64,000 nt of DNA from Candidatus Nanohalarchaeota archaeon (GCA_022729235.1 JALDAJ010000001.1:736001-800000), one strand, 5' to 3'; counted from the first letter of the stretch, positions 18,551-28,104 are shown. Numbers and translations are program-made. The notes: a model not told the origin generated them from the letters alone.

Positions 18551-19897
18551 TTAGTTACCTACCTGTAGTTTCCGGGCAAGATAATTTAACCATTTCTCCT
18601 CGGATTCCAGCGGATCCGCAAAACCGAAGTCGACTATTTTCTCTGCGACGTTGCCCGGTATTCCTTTCTGTTCGAGCTCTCCTGAAAGAAAGTCCTTGAG
18701 GAAGTCTTTCGCGTCTGTGTACTCACGTCCGGTCTTCGCGTAAAGCCTGTCTCCTTTCACGTAAGCGTTTTCGTACTTCGACGTGAACTGTTCCAGGTGG
18801 TCGTGACCGTGGAAAACTTTCGGACCTTTCTGCTCCTGTATCTCTGGTAGTTCGCGCTTCAGCTCGAAGAAGATACGCGTCTTTTCATCTCCGGCGTGGA
18901 AACCAGATTCAAAGATTCTGAAGTCGTGTTTCTCAAGTTCGTCCTCAAGCCTCCGGAGGGTTTTCCTCATCTGCGGGTAGACCACGTCCTCCACGTCCTC
19001 CGGCGTCTCAAACCTTATGACGAGGAAGTCACCCCGTTTCTCCATCTCCTGTTTCAACTCGAACTCGGTATAGTCAGGCTCCTGCTTCTCGAAGAAGTTG
19101 ATGCCTGGGTTTTCGAGAAACTGCCAGCACCTGTAGATGAACTCCGAGTAATTTTTCATGGAAAGTACCGAGGCGACGTTTCTCTCCGGGTCAACAGGAT
19201 CGATAACCACTAGTCTGTCGCTCTCGAATTTTTCCTCCAGCTCTTCCGGCAGTTCCCCGCCGTGGTGGTCTTCCGGGTCGATAACTTCCCGCTCACCCCA
19301 CTGCGAGACGCTTTCCACAAGTTCCTCGAAGCTTCCGTAGTGGTTGACCAGTACCTCGCATAGGTAGCCGGAGAAACCTCTGACCTTTAATGAGGAGCCG
19401 TAGAGACATCCTGACCGCAGGAAGACTTTCAGCACGACGACGTCTTTCCTCTGTTCCTCCGTCAGGTTCTCCTTCAGCCACCGCGAGTGGTGAGGAGTCC
19501 TGTCAACGGCGCTCTTGATATCGTCAGGTGAGACGTCGTGGCACGGCACTATCTCGACCTCGTGACCGTTGATTTCGCCTTTCGTGTACGGGTGCTCCGC
19601 ATATTCTATCTCAAAATCACCTGAGAACTCGTTAAAAACTGCTTTCCCGACGTCCAGTCCGCGGTCTTCCAGTTCTGTTCTTTTGATGTTCTCCGGGAAT
19701 AGGACGAAAATGTCGATGTCGCGGTCGCCCTTCATCGCGGTGCCTCTTGCGCTGGAGCCGGCGAAATGCGTCTCAAGCCCGAACTCTTCCTCGATAAAAT
19801 CCGCGATTTCCTGGTACTTCTCCTGTGTCTCTTCCAGCTCTTCTTCCTCAGGGTAATGCTGTTCCAGCACTTTCTCTCTCAGGCGTTCTATGTTCAT
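18551..19897 (-). CDS. cca: Class I CCA-adding enzyme
   Basis: GSSARGT...DIDIF, YAEHPY, SAVDRTP.H, GFSGYLCE, DPVDPERNVA. Confidence 0.97.
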   Translation of the reverse strand: MNIERLREKVLEQHYPEEEELEETQEKYQEIADFIEEEFGLETHFAGSSARGTAMKGDRDIDIFVLFPENIKRTELEDRGLDVGKAVFNEFSGDFEIEYAEHPYTKGEINGHEVEIVPCHDVSPDDIKSAVDRTPHHSRWLKENLTEEQRKDVVVLKVFLRSGCLYGSSLKVRGFSGYLCEVLVNHYGSFEELVESVSQWGEREVIDPEDHHGGELPEELEEKFESDRLVVIDPVDPERNVASVLSMKNYSEFIYRCWQFLENPGINFFEKQEPDYTEFELKQEMEKRGDFLVIRFETPEDVEDVVYPQMRKTLRRLEDELEKHDFRIFESGFHAGDEKTRIFFELKRELPEIQEQKGPKVFHGHDHLEQFTSKYENAYVKGDRLYAKTGREYTDAKDFLKDFLSGELEQKGIPGNVAEKIVDFGFADPLESEEKWLNYLARKLQVGN

Positions 19898-19938
19898 ATA
19901 GAAGGAGTTACCGATCAACAGGTTTTAATCTTTCCAAG

Positions 19939-20697
19939 TTACCTATCTCGACTGATTGTCGCCTTGACGGGTAGGTGGTCGGATACCTGGCTTGAGATAG
20001 TTTTACTGCTCCGGTATTCTAAGTCTCCGGAGATGAAGAGGTTATCCAGCCGATATTCCAGTTCATCTACGCTCCAGCCCCTGTAATCGAAAGGTTTGAC
20101 TGTCCAGGTCGGTTTATCGCTTCCCACGCGTTCCAGCTTCTCTTCCACCATCTGGAGCTCCTCGTTTTCCAGGGGTGCGTTGAAGTCTCCCGCGAGAACC
20201 ACCGGTTCTTCAAAACTGTCAACTACTGAGAGCAGATTCTGGACCTCCGCCGTCCGTATCTCGGTGGTATTGAACCTGTGAGAGTACTGTAGGTGGGTGG
20301 TCAGGAATCGTATAGAGGCACCTTCTACGTCGATTTCGGTGTTAATCAGTATCCGCGGTTCTTTCTCCGGTGTTCCATCATACGAAATGTTCTCGGGGTT
20401 AAGCGAATGAGGTTCGCTGTCTTTAATCGGGTAGCGTGAGATAACTGCGTTCCCCATCTCGTGCTGTCTGTCTGAGTCGTACTTCCGGAAGTCAAGTGCA
20501 GGATAGAAAACGTAATTATACCCGAGTTCTTCCGCCACGTCTTCGATGATGTTCAGAGGAGAGTCTTCATCGTAGTAAATTGCGGCCTCCTGGATGCCGA
20601 TGACATCTATATCGTTTTCACGGATGACCTTCGCTATTCCCTCTACGTCTCTGTCACCGAAAACCCAGATGTTCCACGAGGCAACGGTTATCTCCAT
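19939..20697 (-). CDS. Endonuclease/exonuclease/phosphatase family protein
   Basis: SWNI, IGIQE, GNAVISRYP, THL, AGDFN, LD.LF, SDHLPV. Confidence 0.93.
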   Translation of the reverse strand: MEITVASWNIWVFGDRDVEGIAKVIRENDIDVIGIQEAAIYYDEDSPLNIIEDVAEELGYNYVFYPALDFRKYDSDRQHEMGNAVISRYPIKDSEPHSLNPENISYDGTPEKEPRILINTEIDVEGASIRFLTTHLQYSHRFNTTEIRTAEVQNLLSVVDSFEEPVVLAGDFNAPLENEELQMVEEKLERVGSDKPTWTVKPFDYRGWSVDELEYRLDNLFISGDLEYRSSKTISSQVSDHLPVKATISRDR

Positions 20698-20713
20698 GGT
20701 GAGAAATATAGCT

Positions 20714-21097
20714 CTAGTCTTTCAGTCCTTTAACGAGTTTCCGGTCTTCGATGACCCAGTATTTAATCTCGTCGCCTTCTCCTGCGTCGAGGTCGTCTGG
20801 TAGTTCCATTTCCTCTGTCTCGTAGGTGTCCATGTCCATGACCTGTGCGATGTTTCCGTCGCGTGAGACGACTTGACCGACTTTCTTGTCGATGTCGGGC
20901 GACATCATCATAGTGTCACCGGGCTTAGTTATGTGCCTGTCCTTGTCGTCGAAGACTCCGCGTGCCTTAATCTTGACTTTTGCACTTCCGTGTTTTCCTG
21001 GACTGGATTTAGAGGTTCCTCTTACTTCGCACGGTTCGTCGTCGATGATTACGTACCGTCCGCGTTTTAGACTTGATGCTTCTACCTGTTTTGCCAT
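20714..21097 (-). CDS. eif5a: Translation factor aIF-5A
   Basis: SSPGKHGSAK hypusination loop. Confidence 0.97.
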   Translation of the reverse strand: MAKQVEASSLKRGRYVIIDDEPCEVRGTSKSSPGKHGSAKVKIKARGVFDDKDRHITKPGDTMMMSPDIDKKVGQVVSRDGNIAQVMDMDTYETEEMELPDDLDAGEGDEIKYWVIEDRKLVKGLKD

Positions 21098-21104
21098 TAT
21101 TCTT

Positions 21105-21302
21105 TCACTGTGTCGCCATTTCTACATCTTCTTTTTTAACTGTGTTCCTCTCTGCGTGGTCAGCCATCCTGATCGCTTCCTGTGCGATGTCCTGTCCTGC
21201 GTCTTCCACTGCTTTTCGGAGTTCTTCTACGGCGTCTTCAGAAACGCGGTCGGCACCAGCCTGCCGGATGATTCTTTCGATTGGAGCTTTTGGGAGGCTC
21301 AT
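21105..21302 (-). CDS. Archaeal histone (singlet HMf type)
   Basis: LPKAPIERIIRQAGADRVS...HAERNTVKKEDV histone-fold signature. Confidence 0.95.
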   Translation of the reverse strand: MSLPKAPIERIIRQAGADRVSEDAVEELRKAVEDAGQDIAQEAIRMADHAERNTVKKEDVEMATQ

Positions 21303-21389
21303 GGATATCACAAGAAAATTGCTTCGGACAGACTTTAATATGAAACGGTTGTCATCAGTCTTATAGAGTTTGAAACGTGTTCTTTTACT

Positions 21390-21839
21390 ATGAATGCGGT
21401 AGTTGACTCGAATGTTTTTATGAGGGGTAGAGCGAATCTAGAATTTGAACGGTTTTACACAGTTCCCTCGGTGATGGATGAGCTGGAGAGCCCGGGTGCG
21501 AGGCTGAGTTTTGACGCTGCCGATGTTAGGGTGGAGGAGCCTTCCGATGAGAGTCTTGAGAAGGTTCGCCAGAAGTCTGATGAAATCAATTCACCGACTT
21601 CCGGGGTTGATGAGGAGTTATTGGCGCTCGCTCTCGATATGGGTGAGGTCCTCGTGACGGATGATCTGGCTCTACAGAATCTTGCTTCACACACCGGTGT
21701 TAGGTTCCGGGCGTATATGGGTGATGAGATAGAGGAGGAGCGTATATGGGTGCGTGTCTGCGGTAACTGCGGTGAAGAAGTTGAAGGTGAGAGATGTCCG
21801 CGTTGCGGACAGAGAGACATCAAGAGGAAACCAGGTTAG
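21390..21839 (+). CDS. nob1: Nob1 rRNA-processing endonuclease (PIN plus Zn ribbon)
   Basis: VVDSN, S.VD.ELLALA, VTDDLALQN, C-terminal CGNC...CPRCG. Confidence 0.92.
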   Translation: MNAVVDSNVFMRGRANLEFERFYTVPSVMDELESPGARLSFDAADVRVEEPSDESLEKVRQKSDEINSPTSGVDEELLALALDMGEVLVTDDLALQNLASHTGVRFRAYMGDEIEEERIWVRVCGNCGEEVEGERCPRCGQRDIKRKPG

Positions 21840-22848
21840 TGTAGTTCAGGATAAACTCCTTGGTTAGTATCAGGAGTAGCGGTCCAAGTATTATGCCCTT
21901 CAGTCCGAGTGTAAGCGGTCCTGCAAGGAAGCCTATGAAGATTATCAGCGGATGTTCATTCATCTTTTTCGCGCCGATATAGGGTCTGAAGAAGATTTCT
22001 GGCAGGATATTGATCACTACTACGCCGAATCCGATGATAAGCGAGCCTTTGAGGGGTTCGCCGGCGAATAGGTAGTAAGCGCCCAGTGGCGCGTACAGCA
22101 TGAACCCTGCTACTATAGGTAGTAGTGCCGCTACCGCGATAATCACTGCCCAGAGAGGTATCAATGGGATGGAGGAGGTGATGTTTGCTATCACGTAGAA
22201 CCCTAGCGCGGTGAGAACACCTATAACTGCCGCGACCAGGAGCTGTGTGATGAAGACTCCTCTAAAGATAGAGTCTATAGATCTTATCAGTGAACGGATG
22301 ATTTTTTCCTCATTTTCTGGTAAGTTATCTATTATGTCGAAGATTTTTTCCTTAATCCGGTCCCCGTCCTTGTAGAGATAGATAAGGGTGACGAGGTAGA
22401 TGCCGAGGTCTATCATTATCCGCGGTATAGAGGCTAGCGTAGATCTCAGGTAATTCTCAAGACCTATGAGTAGGGTGTTGGTGAATTCGACGACCTGTGC
22501 CCGGAACTCTTCGGGCAGGTTCAGGAAGTCTATTACGGCGTTGATGTTCCTCTGGAGATCTAGCGCGAATACCTGTAAAGATATGAGGATGTCGTGGAAG
22601 TTATTGATGAAAAAGAACAACCCCAGGCTTATCGCTCCTATAACGGATGAGATGACTATTATTGAGGACAGGAAATCATTTTCCAGTCGCTGGTTCAGTC
22701 CGCGATGGGCGAATCTTAAAAGATAAGCTGTCGCTGCCGCCAGTATCAGTGCGTCAAGGAAGGGATACAAAACAAATATGCTTCCCAGGGCTAGCAGTAC
22801 CGCCGCCCCGAGTATCTCTCTCTTGAAACGGGTATTATCTGGCGACAT
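21820..22848 (-). CDS. AI-2E (PerM) family transporter
   Basis: Multi-TM protein with YLYKDG, RPY...HPLIIFIG..AG...G..GIILGP signature. Confidence 0.9.
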   Translation of the reverse strand: MSPDNTRFKREILGAAVLLALGSIFVLYPFLDALILAAATAYLLRFAHRGLNQRLENDFLSSIIVISSVIGAISLGLFFFINNFHDILISLQVFALDLQRNINAVIDFLNLPEEFRAQVVEFTNTLLIGLENYLRSTLASIPRIMIDLGIYLVTLIYLYKDGDRIKEKIFDIIDNLPENEEKIIRSLIRSIDSIFRGVFITQLLVAAVIGVLTALGFYVIANITSSIPLIPLWAVIIAVAALLPIVAGFMLYAPLGAYYLFAGEPLKGSLIIGFGVVVINILPEIFFRPYIGAKKMNEHPLIIFIGFLAGPLTLGLKGIILGPLLLILTKEFILNYTNLVSS

Positions 22849-22988
22849 TAGACTATATTGGGTATATCTACGTTTTATTATCTGTGACAGTGAACATGTT
22901 GTCACCGAAGAGTCAGGCAACCTTTGGAAAGATATTTAAATGTGGGGGGTAAACTTGTAGGATATTGCAGGGGGAGGGACAAGTTTCT

Positions 22989-24110
22989 ATGTCCAAAAAT
23001 GATACTATGTCAGAACAGGAGCACGTACCGCGTCGCGATTTCGACTCATACCAGGTTCCCGAAGACTGGGAAACTGAAGAAGATGAAGACGAAAACCTAG
23101 AGGAAGAAGCAGCACCAGAGGCTGAAGAGTCTGGAGAAGAGAAAACTGTCGCTGAAGGCGAAGGATATACTGTAGTCCAGGAAGAAGCCGAAGAAGGCGA
23201 CATGGTTCTAACATGTCCCGAATGTGAATCACAGAGATTCGAGGAAGATTCCGCAGAAGGACAGCTTGTCTGTGTAGATTGTGGGGTAGTTGTCGATGAG
23301 AACCGGATCGATGAATCCGCAGAGTGGAGGGCGTTCAACGAGGAAGAGCGTGAGAAGAAGGCTCGCGCCGGACAGCCTCTTACATACACGAAACACGACA
23401 TGGGAGTATCGACCGAGATCGGTAAAGGTTCTGGAGAGCTTTACAAGGTTTCTGGTAATAAAAGAGCCCAGTACTACAGGCTGAGGAAATGGCACAAGCG
23501 CCTGACAAAGTCCAAGGACCGCAACCTCGGGTTCGCTCTATCCGAACTCAACTCGATGGTGTCCAACCTCAACCTTCCCGAATCAGTCCACGAAGAAGTC
23601 GCCCGACTATACGAGAAAGCGGTCGACAAGGGACTGGTGAGAGGACGTTCCATGGAGTCCATCATCTCCGCGCTACTCTACATCGTCGCGAGAAAACAGG
23701 GGACTCCAAGGACTCTTGACGAGATCTCCGAGGCTTCAGGCATCGAGAAGAGAGAGATCGGTAGAGCATACCGTTACGTTGCGCGTGAACTCGGACTCAG
23801 AATCCTACCGGCGAAGCCGCAGGACTACGTACCGCGTTTCGCTGGAAAACTCCAGCTATCAGGAGAAGTCCAGGCAAGAGCGCGTCAAATTCTCAAGGAA
23901 GCAAGAGAAAAAGACCTTCTGTCCGGTAAAGGACCGACAGGTCTCGCAGCCGCCGCGCTCTACATCGCCGCAGTACTCGAAGGCGAGAAGAGAACGCAGA
24001 GAGAAGTAGCAGACGTAGTCGGAGTCACCGAGGTCACGATCAGGAACCGCTACAAAGAACTTGCGGAGAAACTCGGCCTCGAAGAAGAGCTGGAAGAGAA
24101 GTCGAATTGA
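22989..24110 (+). CDS. tfb: Transcription initiation factor TFB with acidic N-terminal extension
   Basis: Zn ribbon CPEC...CVDCG, B-reader EWRAF, two cyclin repeats, C-terminal HTH VTEVTIRNRYKE; start at 22989 or 23007. Confidence 0.98.
   Translation: MSKNDTMSEQEHVPRRDFDSYQVPEDWETEEDEDENLEEEAAPEAEESGEEKTVAEGEGYTVVQEEAEEGDMVLTCPECESQRFEEDSAEGQLVCVDCGVVVDENRIDESAEWRAFNEEEREKKARAGQPLTYTKHDMGVSTEIGKGSGELYKVSGNKRAQYYRLRKWHKRLTKSKDRNLGFALSELNSMVSNLNLPESVHEEVARLYEKAVDKGLVRGRSMESIISALLYIVARKQGTPRTLDEISEASGIEKREIGRAYRYVARELGLRILPAKPQDYVPRFAGKLQLSGEVQARARQILKEAREKDLLSGKGPTGLAAAALYIAAVLEGEKRTQREVADVVGVTEVTIRNRYKELAEKLGLEEELEEKSN
24030..24110 (+). repeat. Direct repeat, copy 1 (last 27 codons of tfb; att-like)
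   Basis: 81 bp, 76/81 identical to 25676-25756, with a perfect 62-bp core at 24039-24100. Confidence 0.97.
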
Positions 24111-24449
24111 TCGGCTTTTCATATTTCCTTCTATTTATTTTTCTTCTACCTTCAGATTTTGACGTCAAGCAAGTTTTTTGACCGGTGATTAAAGCCGGTA
24201 AACGGTTACAGTTTAGCGACTTAGATTGGCAGGCGTAATCAGGAAGTCTGGCGTTCGTGAAGAAGACGTAAACGCTGGAGCAGAGTTCTATGAAAGACTC
24301 GTGAAAGGGTACAGGAGCTGTTTGCAGAGATGTAGAAAGAGCTGAAGGCAACGGACGAAAGACAGCGATGTTTATGTCTTAAACGTCTCTCGCTTTGACT
24401 GGCAGTTTTCCCAATTTATTTCTTTTCTTTTTCTATTCTCTCAAGAGTC

Positions 24450-25619
24450 CTATGTCAATTGCGATAGGCGCCATAATTGAGCTAAAATGATTAAAATACT
24501 TGATATGATGAATAATGCCTTTAAAGACTTGATGACAAAGTTTTTCGACCTTATAATTTTATCCTCGGAGCTTGGTAGTTCTATCTTGTATTTTGGATAG
24601 ACTTCTTCCGATCCAGAAAGTTTGAAGTTGTAAGATGGATTCACTTTTTCTCCGTTAACGATTATGGCTGAATTCTGTAATTTGTATATTTTTGGCCATT
24701 TTTGGGCTCTATTGATATAGCTTATTCTATCTTTTGTCTTATCACTTATTCTAAAGTCCTCATCTAAGCAGTCTAAGGCCTCTATCAGTGCGGTTTCTTC
24801 TATTCTACACAAATGACTCTCTTCATCAAGCTCAATTATTAATTTTTTAGGCTTTTCTTCAGAAAGGTCGCTAGCTTTGTTGGGATATACTCTGTCAGGA
24901 TAAAGATGTTCATGTCCTCTGAAGTAGGGTGCGGAGTCTTCGTACCCACAGTTTTCGCAGGTAAAATCCCATCCTTTTGTGATTATTTCGTTGCTGTTGC
25001 ATACTGGACAGGTGTATTCTTCATCAGGATTGTCTTCAGGGTTGTACAGATTCTCATAATCAATCTCCTGCGAGGGTTTTTTATCAAACATTTTAAAATC
25101 GTGTTTGTGGTAAAAGTATGCGGGTAAATACGAGTAACCCTGATATGGTGATCTCAATTCCTCCAGATTATCAGATGAGAAAAGATGCGGTCTCTTTATT
25201 TCCTCATCTTTACTCCAGAAAAATAGATTAGAACGTTCTTCGTCCACTTTATCAAGTCCTGTTTCCGTTATATTGTACAGTCTGGCGCTTACAGATTCGT
25301 CGCTCCGGCTTACTTCTAAAAGTCTAGAAGCGGCATCTGCGAGTATTGAGAAGTCTTTAGGATTTTTCTGAGGGCAGGGCATCTTTTCTACATATTTATT
25401 TCCAATGAATACTCTGTTGTCGCCGATAAACTCGCCTACAAGCTTATCTTTATCTACTTCTATATCGTCCTCTTGGACATCAAAAAGTTTAGCTACTCTT
25501 TCCAGACGTTTATCTTCTTTTTCTTGGTTTTCATCTCTTAAAATGATAATTTCTTTGTTTATTTGTTTCAGGGCAGCTTCTGGATTTTCTGATTCGATAA
25601 GGTAATACTCTATTGCCAC
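24450..25619 (-). CDS. Hypothetical protein with Zn ribbon and C-terminal TM helix
   Basis: CPVCNS...FTCENCG; hydrophobic C-terminus; AT-rich codon usage; GTG start. Confidence 0.75.
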   Translation of the reverse strand: MAIEYYLIESENPEAALKQINKEIIILRDENQEKEDKRLERVAKLFDVQEDDIEVDKDKLVGEFIGDNRVFIGNKYVEKMPCPQKNPKDFSILADAASRLLEVSRSDESVSARLYNITETGLDKVDEERSNLFFWSKDEEIKRPHLFSSDNLEELRSPYQGYSYLPAYFYHKHDFKMFDKKPSQEIDYENLYNPEDNPDEEYTCPVCNSNEIITKGWDFTCENCGYEDSAPYFRGHEHLYPDRVYPNKASDLSEEKPKKLIIELDEESHLCRIEETALIEALDCLDEDFRISDKTKDRISYINRAQKWPKIYKLQNSAIIVNGEKVNPSYNFKLSGSEEVYPKYKIELPSSEDKIIRSKNFVIKSLKALFIISSILIILAQLWRLSQLT

Positions 25620-25675
25620 AATAGCAATTTGAAGGTGCTTAAATGTTAAATTTATTCAGCGTTTATAGCTGAGGA

Positions 25676-25756
25676 GAGGTCACAATCAGGAACCGCTACA
25701 AAGAACTTGCGGAGAAACTCGGCCTCGAAGAAGAGCTGGAAGAGAAATCCAACTAA
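25676..25756 (+). repeat. Direct repeat, copy 2 (detached tfb 3' fragment, EVTIRNRYKELAEKLGLEEELEEKSN*)
   Basis: Encodes the same peptide as the tfb C-terminus; differences ACG/ACA, AAG/AAA, TCG/TCC, AAT/AAC, TGA/TAA. Confidence 0.97.
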
Positions 25757-25843
25757 CGCGTGGTTACGCTCGAGCGGGACGCAAGAAGCCATTCAACTGA
25801 ATGGCTTTCGCCGCTAACGCGGCGCACTTATTTCTCTATTTTT
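25753..25843 (+). terminator. Palindrome cluster and T-tract after the detached tfb 3' copy
   Basis: CGCTCGAGCG (25767-25776), AAGCCATTCA-AC-TGAATGGCTT (25786-25807), CGCCGC-TAAC-GCGGCG (25809-25824), then TTATTTCTCTATTTTT. Confidence 0.55.
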
Positions 25844-25999
25844 ATATTGTTTATCTGAGAATGTCTCTAGATTTCGGTTCAAAGCTCGAGTCCTGCCGAT
25901 TTTATGTTTCCACATTTCTAAGGAGTTTGGGAGATGCCAAAGAAGTGCGAATTATTCTTTACCAGAGCGTAATAAAATTTTATTTTTAGATTTGACTCT

Positions 26000-27097
26000 A
26001 TGGGTTCGGCAAAAACAGAATCACAAAAAGAAATTTCGGCTGAAGAAATAGCCGATATAGACAGTTTGGGAGATTTAAGAGATTTGACAAATGAAGAATG
26101 TATTGAGGCTGCTTATTCTAAAGCCAAAGAGGTTTGGTGGGAAGATAAATTTAGTCCTCCAGACACTGAAACTGAGAGTCTGCCAGGAGAATCTGTTGAG
26201 ATCGAGGGAACTAATTATGAAATACATCCTGTTGACCATGGTCTGAATGCGCCATTAATGAAGCCAGGAAGTGAAATTGTAGAATCGGTTCAAGGAGAAG
26301 TAGAGGATGTTCTGAGTGATAATGGCGAAGTATACATTGAACAAGACTTGAAGGGACAATTTGACTTGGAAAGCTTTGATGTCACAGAAATCGATGATAG
26401 GTCTTGGGCCGATAACCAGTTTGACGAATATAAGGAGATAGATGGGCTAATTGGGCAATCTAAAACGCTGGGTAAAGTGTGCTTAGCCGTACCTCTTATA
26501 GCAGGAATCAAAGGTTATGAGGCGCTAACAGGAAACCGAGTGTTTGATGAAGAAGGTTATAACGGCATCTATGCCAGAGAAGATATTGGCGAACTGGAAG
26601 TTTTGAAAGCAGATATGGAGGCAAGATTCCTGCCAACTGATTTAGAAGAAGAATACCTTTGGGAAACAGACTCTGAGAAAGCTATTAACTTAATTGAACG
26701 CTCTAATAGAATGGCAGATTACATATTTAATGTATCGGACTCCGAAGAGGTACGTGCTATTGTAGGAGGAGCTCACTATCCCTTTGTCATGGATAGACTT
26801 CAGGAATACAAGGAGGGAGAAAGAAATCAAGAGATTGAGTTCGATATTTACACAGTGAATTTGGAGCCGGAAAGACCTGCAGCAATAAGCTTGGCTTCAG
26901 GCCTAATATCAGCTTACTTTTTATCACAGGGAGAGATGAGAGCTGCCAAGGCTTTTGGAGGAATTTCGGCTCTTTCAGGTACGATGGCCGGAGTCTCATA
27001 CTGGGCTTCCTCAACGCTGAAGACCGTGACAAATGATATGCAGAACTCTCAAGTACCGGATTCACATTTATACGCCGAAGGTTATATCGAGGAGTAA
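26000..27097 (+). CDS. TraB/GumN (TIKI)-like protein with C-terminal hydrophobic segments
   Basis: HPVDHG...YIE...ERSNRMADYI...VRAIVGGAH resembles the TraB motif R(N/D)..MA...VGA.H; AT-rich. Confidence 0.6.
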   Translation: MGSAKTESQKEISAEEIADIDSLGDLRDLTNEECIEAAYSKAKEVWWEDKFSPPDTETESLPGESVEIEGTNYEIHPVDHGLNAPLMKPGSEIVESVQGEVEDVLSDNGEVYIEQDLKGQFDLESFDVTEIDDRSWADNQFDEYKEIDGLIGQSKTLGKVCLAVPLIAGIKGYEALTGNRVFDEEGYNGIYAREDIGELEVLKADMEARFLPTDLEEEYLWETDSEKAINLIERSNRMADYIFNVSDSEEVRAIVGGAHYPFVMDRLQEYKEGERNQEIEFDIYTVNLEPERPAAISLASGLISAYFLSQGEMRAAKAFGGISALSGTMAGVSYWASSTLKTVTNDMQNSQVPDSHLYAEGYIEE

Positions 27098-27156
27098 AAG
27101 GGATTCCGAAATATCTGATTGCGTATCTTTTGATTCTCAAATCTTGGCTCTGCAAC

Positions 27157-27465
27157 TCATTCTTCTCCGTGCAGCCTATGTTTCTGCGGGTCGTAGATGT
27201 AGTGTTCCCAGAGTTTCTGGAGCTGTGGTAGTGTCATGGTTGCGAGTACGAAGGCGACCGCGGGGACTACAGAGTTGATGAACGGGTCTGGTAGATCGGC
27301 GGCGAAGAAGTAGATTACGATCACAATGTATGTCAGGACTGTTATAGCTATTCTTCGTTCCCAGCTGATTTCCCATGCCTTGTCTTTCTCCGCTTTCTTG
27401 TTTCTGTCCTTTATCTGTTCTATTTCTTCTTCAAGTCCGTCAACGCGTTTTTCTAAATCGGCCAT
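27157..27465 (-). CDS. Small membrane protein (coiled coil plus 2 TM)
   Basis: RNKKAEKDKAWEISWERR followed by two hydrophobic helices. Confidence 0.75.
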   Translation of the reverse strand: MADLEKRVDGLEEEIEQIKDRNKKAEKDKAWEISWERRIAITVLTYIVIVIYFFAADLPDPFINSVVPAVAFVLATMTLPQLQKLWEHYIYDPQKHRLHGEE

Positions 27466-27525
27466 ATTAATTTCTGTTGAACTTCTCTCTAATAATATTT
27501 TTTAGTGGTTTGTCCTGTTACGGGG

Positions 27526-28044
27526 TCATTCTGTGTTTTTCGTGTATGTAGTGAAGCTGGTATCTTCGCGCAGGTAGAAGTCTATGGTTCTCTTGAGTTC
27601 GTGGTAGGAGATGTTTCTCTGTGAGACATATGTCTCGGTTCTGTCCTGGATCAGGTGGTTCTGTTTCAGGAAGTCCCAGTGGTCGATCCTGTCTGAGAGG
27701 TAGTTGTCTCCTATTTCTTCTAGTTTATCCTTGACTGGTCTCTCCAAGTATCTCTCTATAAGGTCAGGTTCTTCCTCGATATCGACTTCTATGAAAAGTC
27801 TTTGCTCGCAGTACGAACCGCCTACCTGGACAAGGTGTTTGATCCTGACTTCTTCCAGATTTTCGTATTCCGGGAGGTCTTGCAGATTGAATCGTCCCTC
27901 CAACCTTTCAAGAAGCTCTCTGTAATCTACGTCCTCTGCTTCATAGCTGCCAGGAAATACTTCCTCTAGGTCGGTCTCTAGATTTGCTGCCGGGTTACGT
28001 ATGTATATATCTGAGTCTTTGCGAAAACCTCGTGAATGCTTCAT
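27526..28044 (-). CDS. Hypothetical protein
   Basis: 172-aa acidic ORF. Confidence 0.6.
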   Translation of the reverse strand: MKHSRGFRKDSDIYIRNPAANLETDLEEVFPGSYEAEDVDYRELLERLEGRFNLQDLPEYENLEEVRIKHLVQVGGSYCEQRLFIEVDIEEEPDLIERYLERPVKDKLEEIGDNYLSDRIDHWDFLKQNHLIQDRTETYVSQRNISYHELKRTIDFYLREDTSFTTYTKNTE

Positions 28045-28104
28045 TTTGCCGGGTAAGAAGTTCTATCGCTTGGTTTCTATCCTGTCTGAACTGCCGCGTT
28101 ACCT

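Larger units (their letters stand above)
24030..25756. mobile_element. Small integrase-less insertion at the tfb 3' end, bounded by 81-bp direct repeats
   Basis: The direct repeats enclose AT-rich DNA carrying one 389-aa ORF. Confidence 0.7.

Noticed and set aside
24225-24346. Short protein-like frame inside the tfb insert (AGVIRKSGVREEDVNAGAEFYERLVKG...)
   Set aside because: Under 45 codons with no convincing start or motif; it may be a gene relic but cannot be supported.
25753-25824. Integron attC-like site (CTAAC at a stop codon followed by palindromes)
   Set aside because: No properly spaced complementary GTTRRRY end, single occurrence, and no integron integrase.
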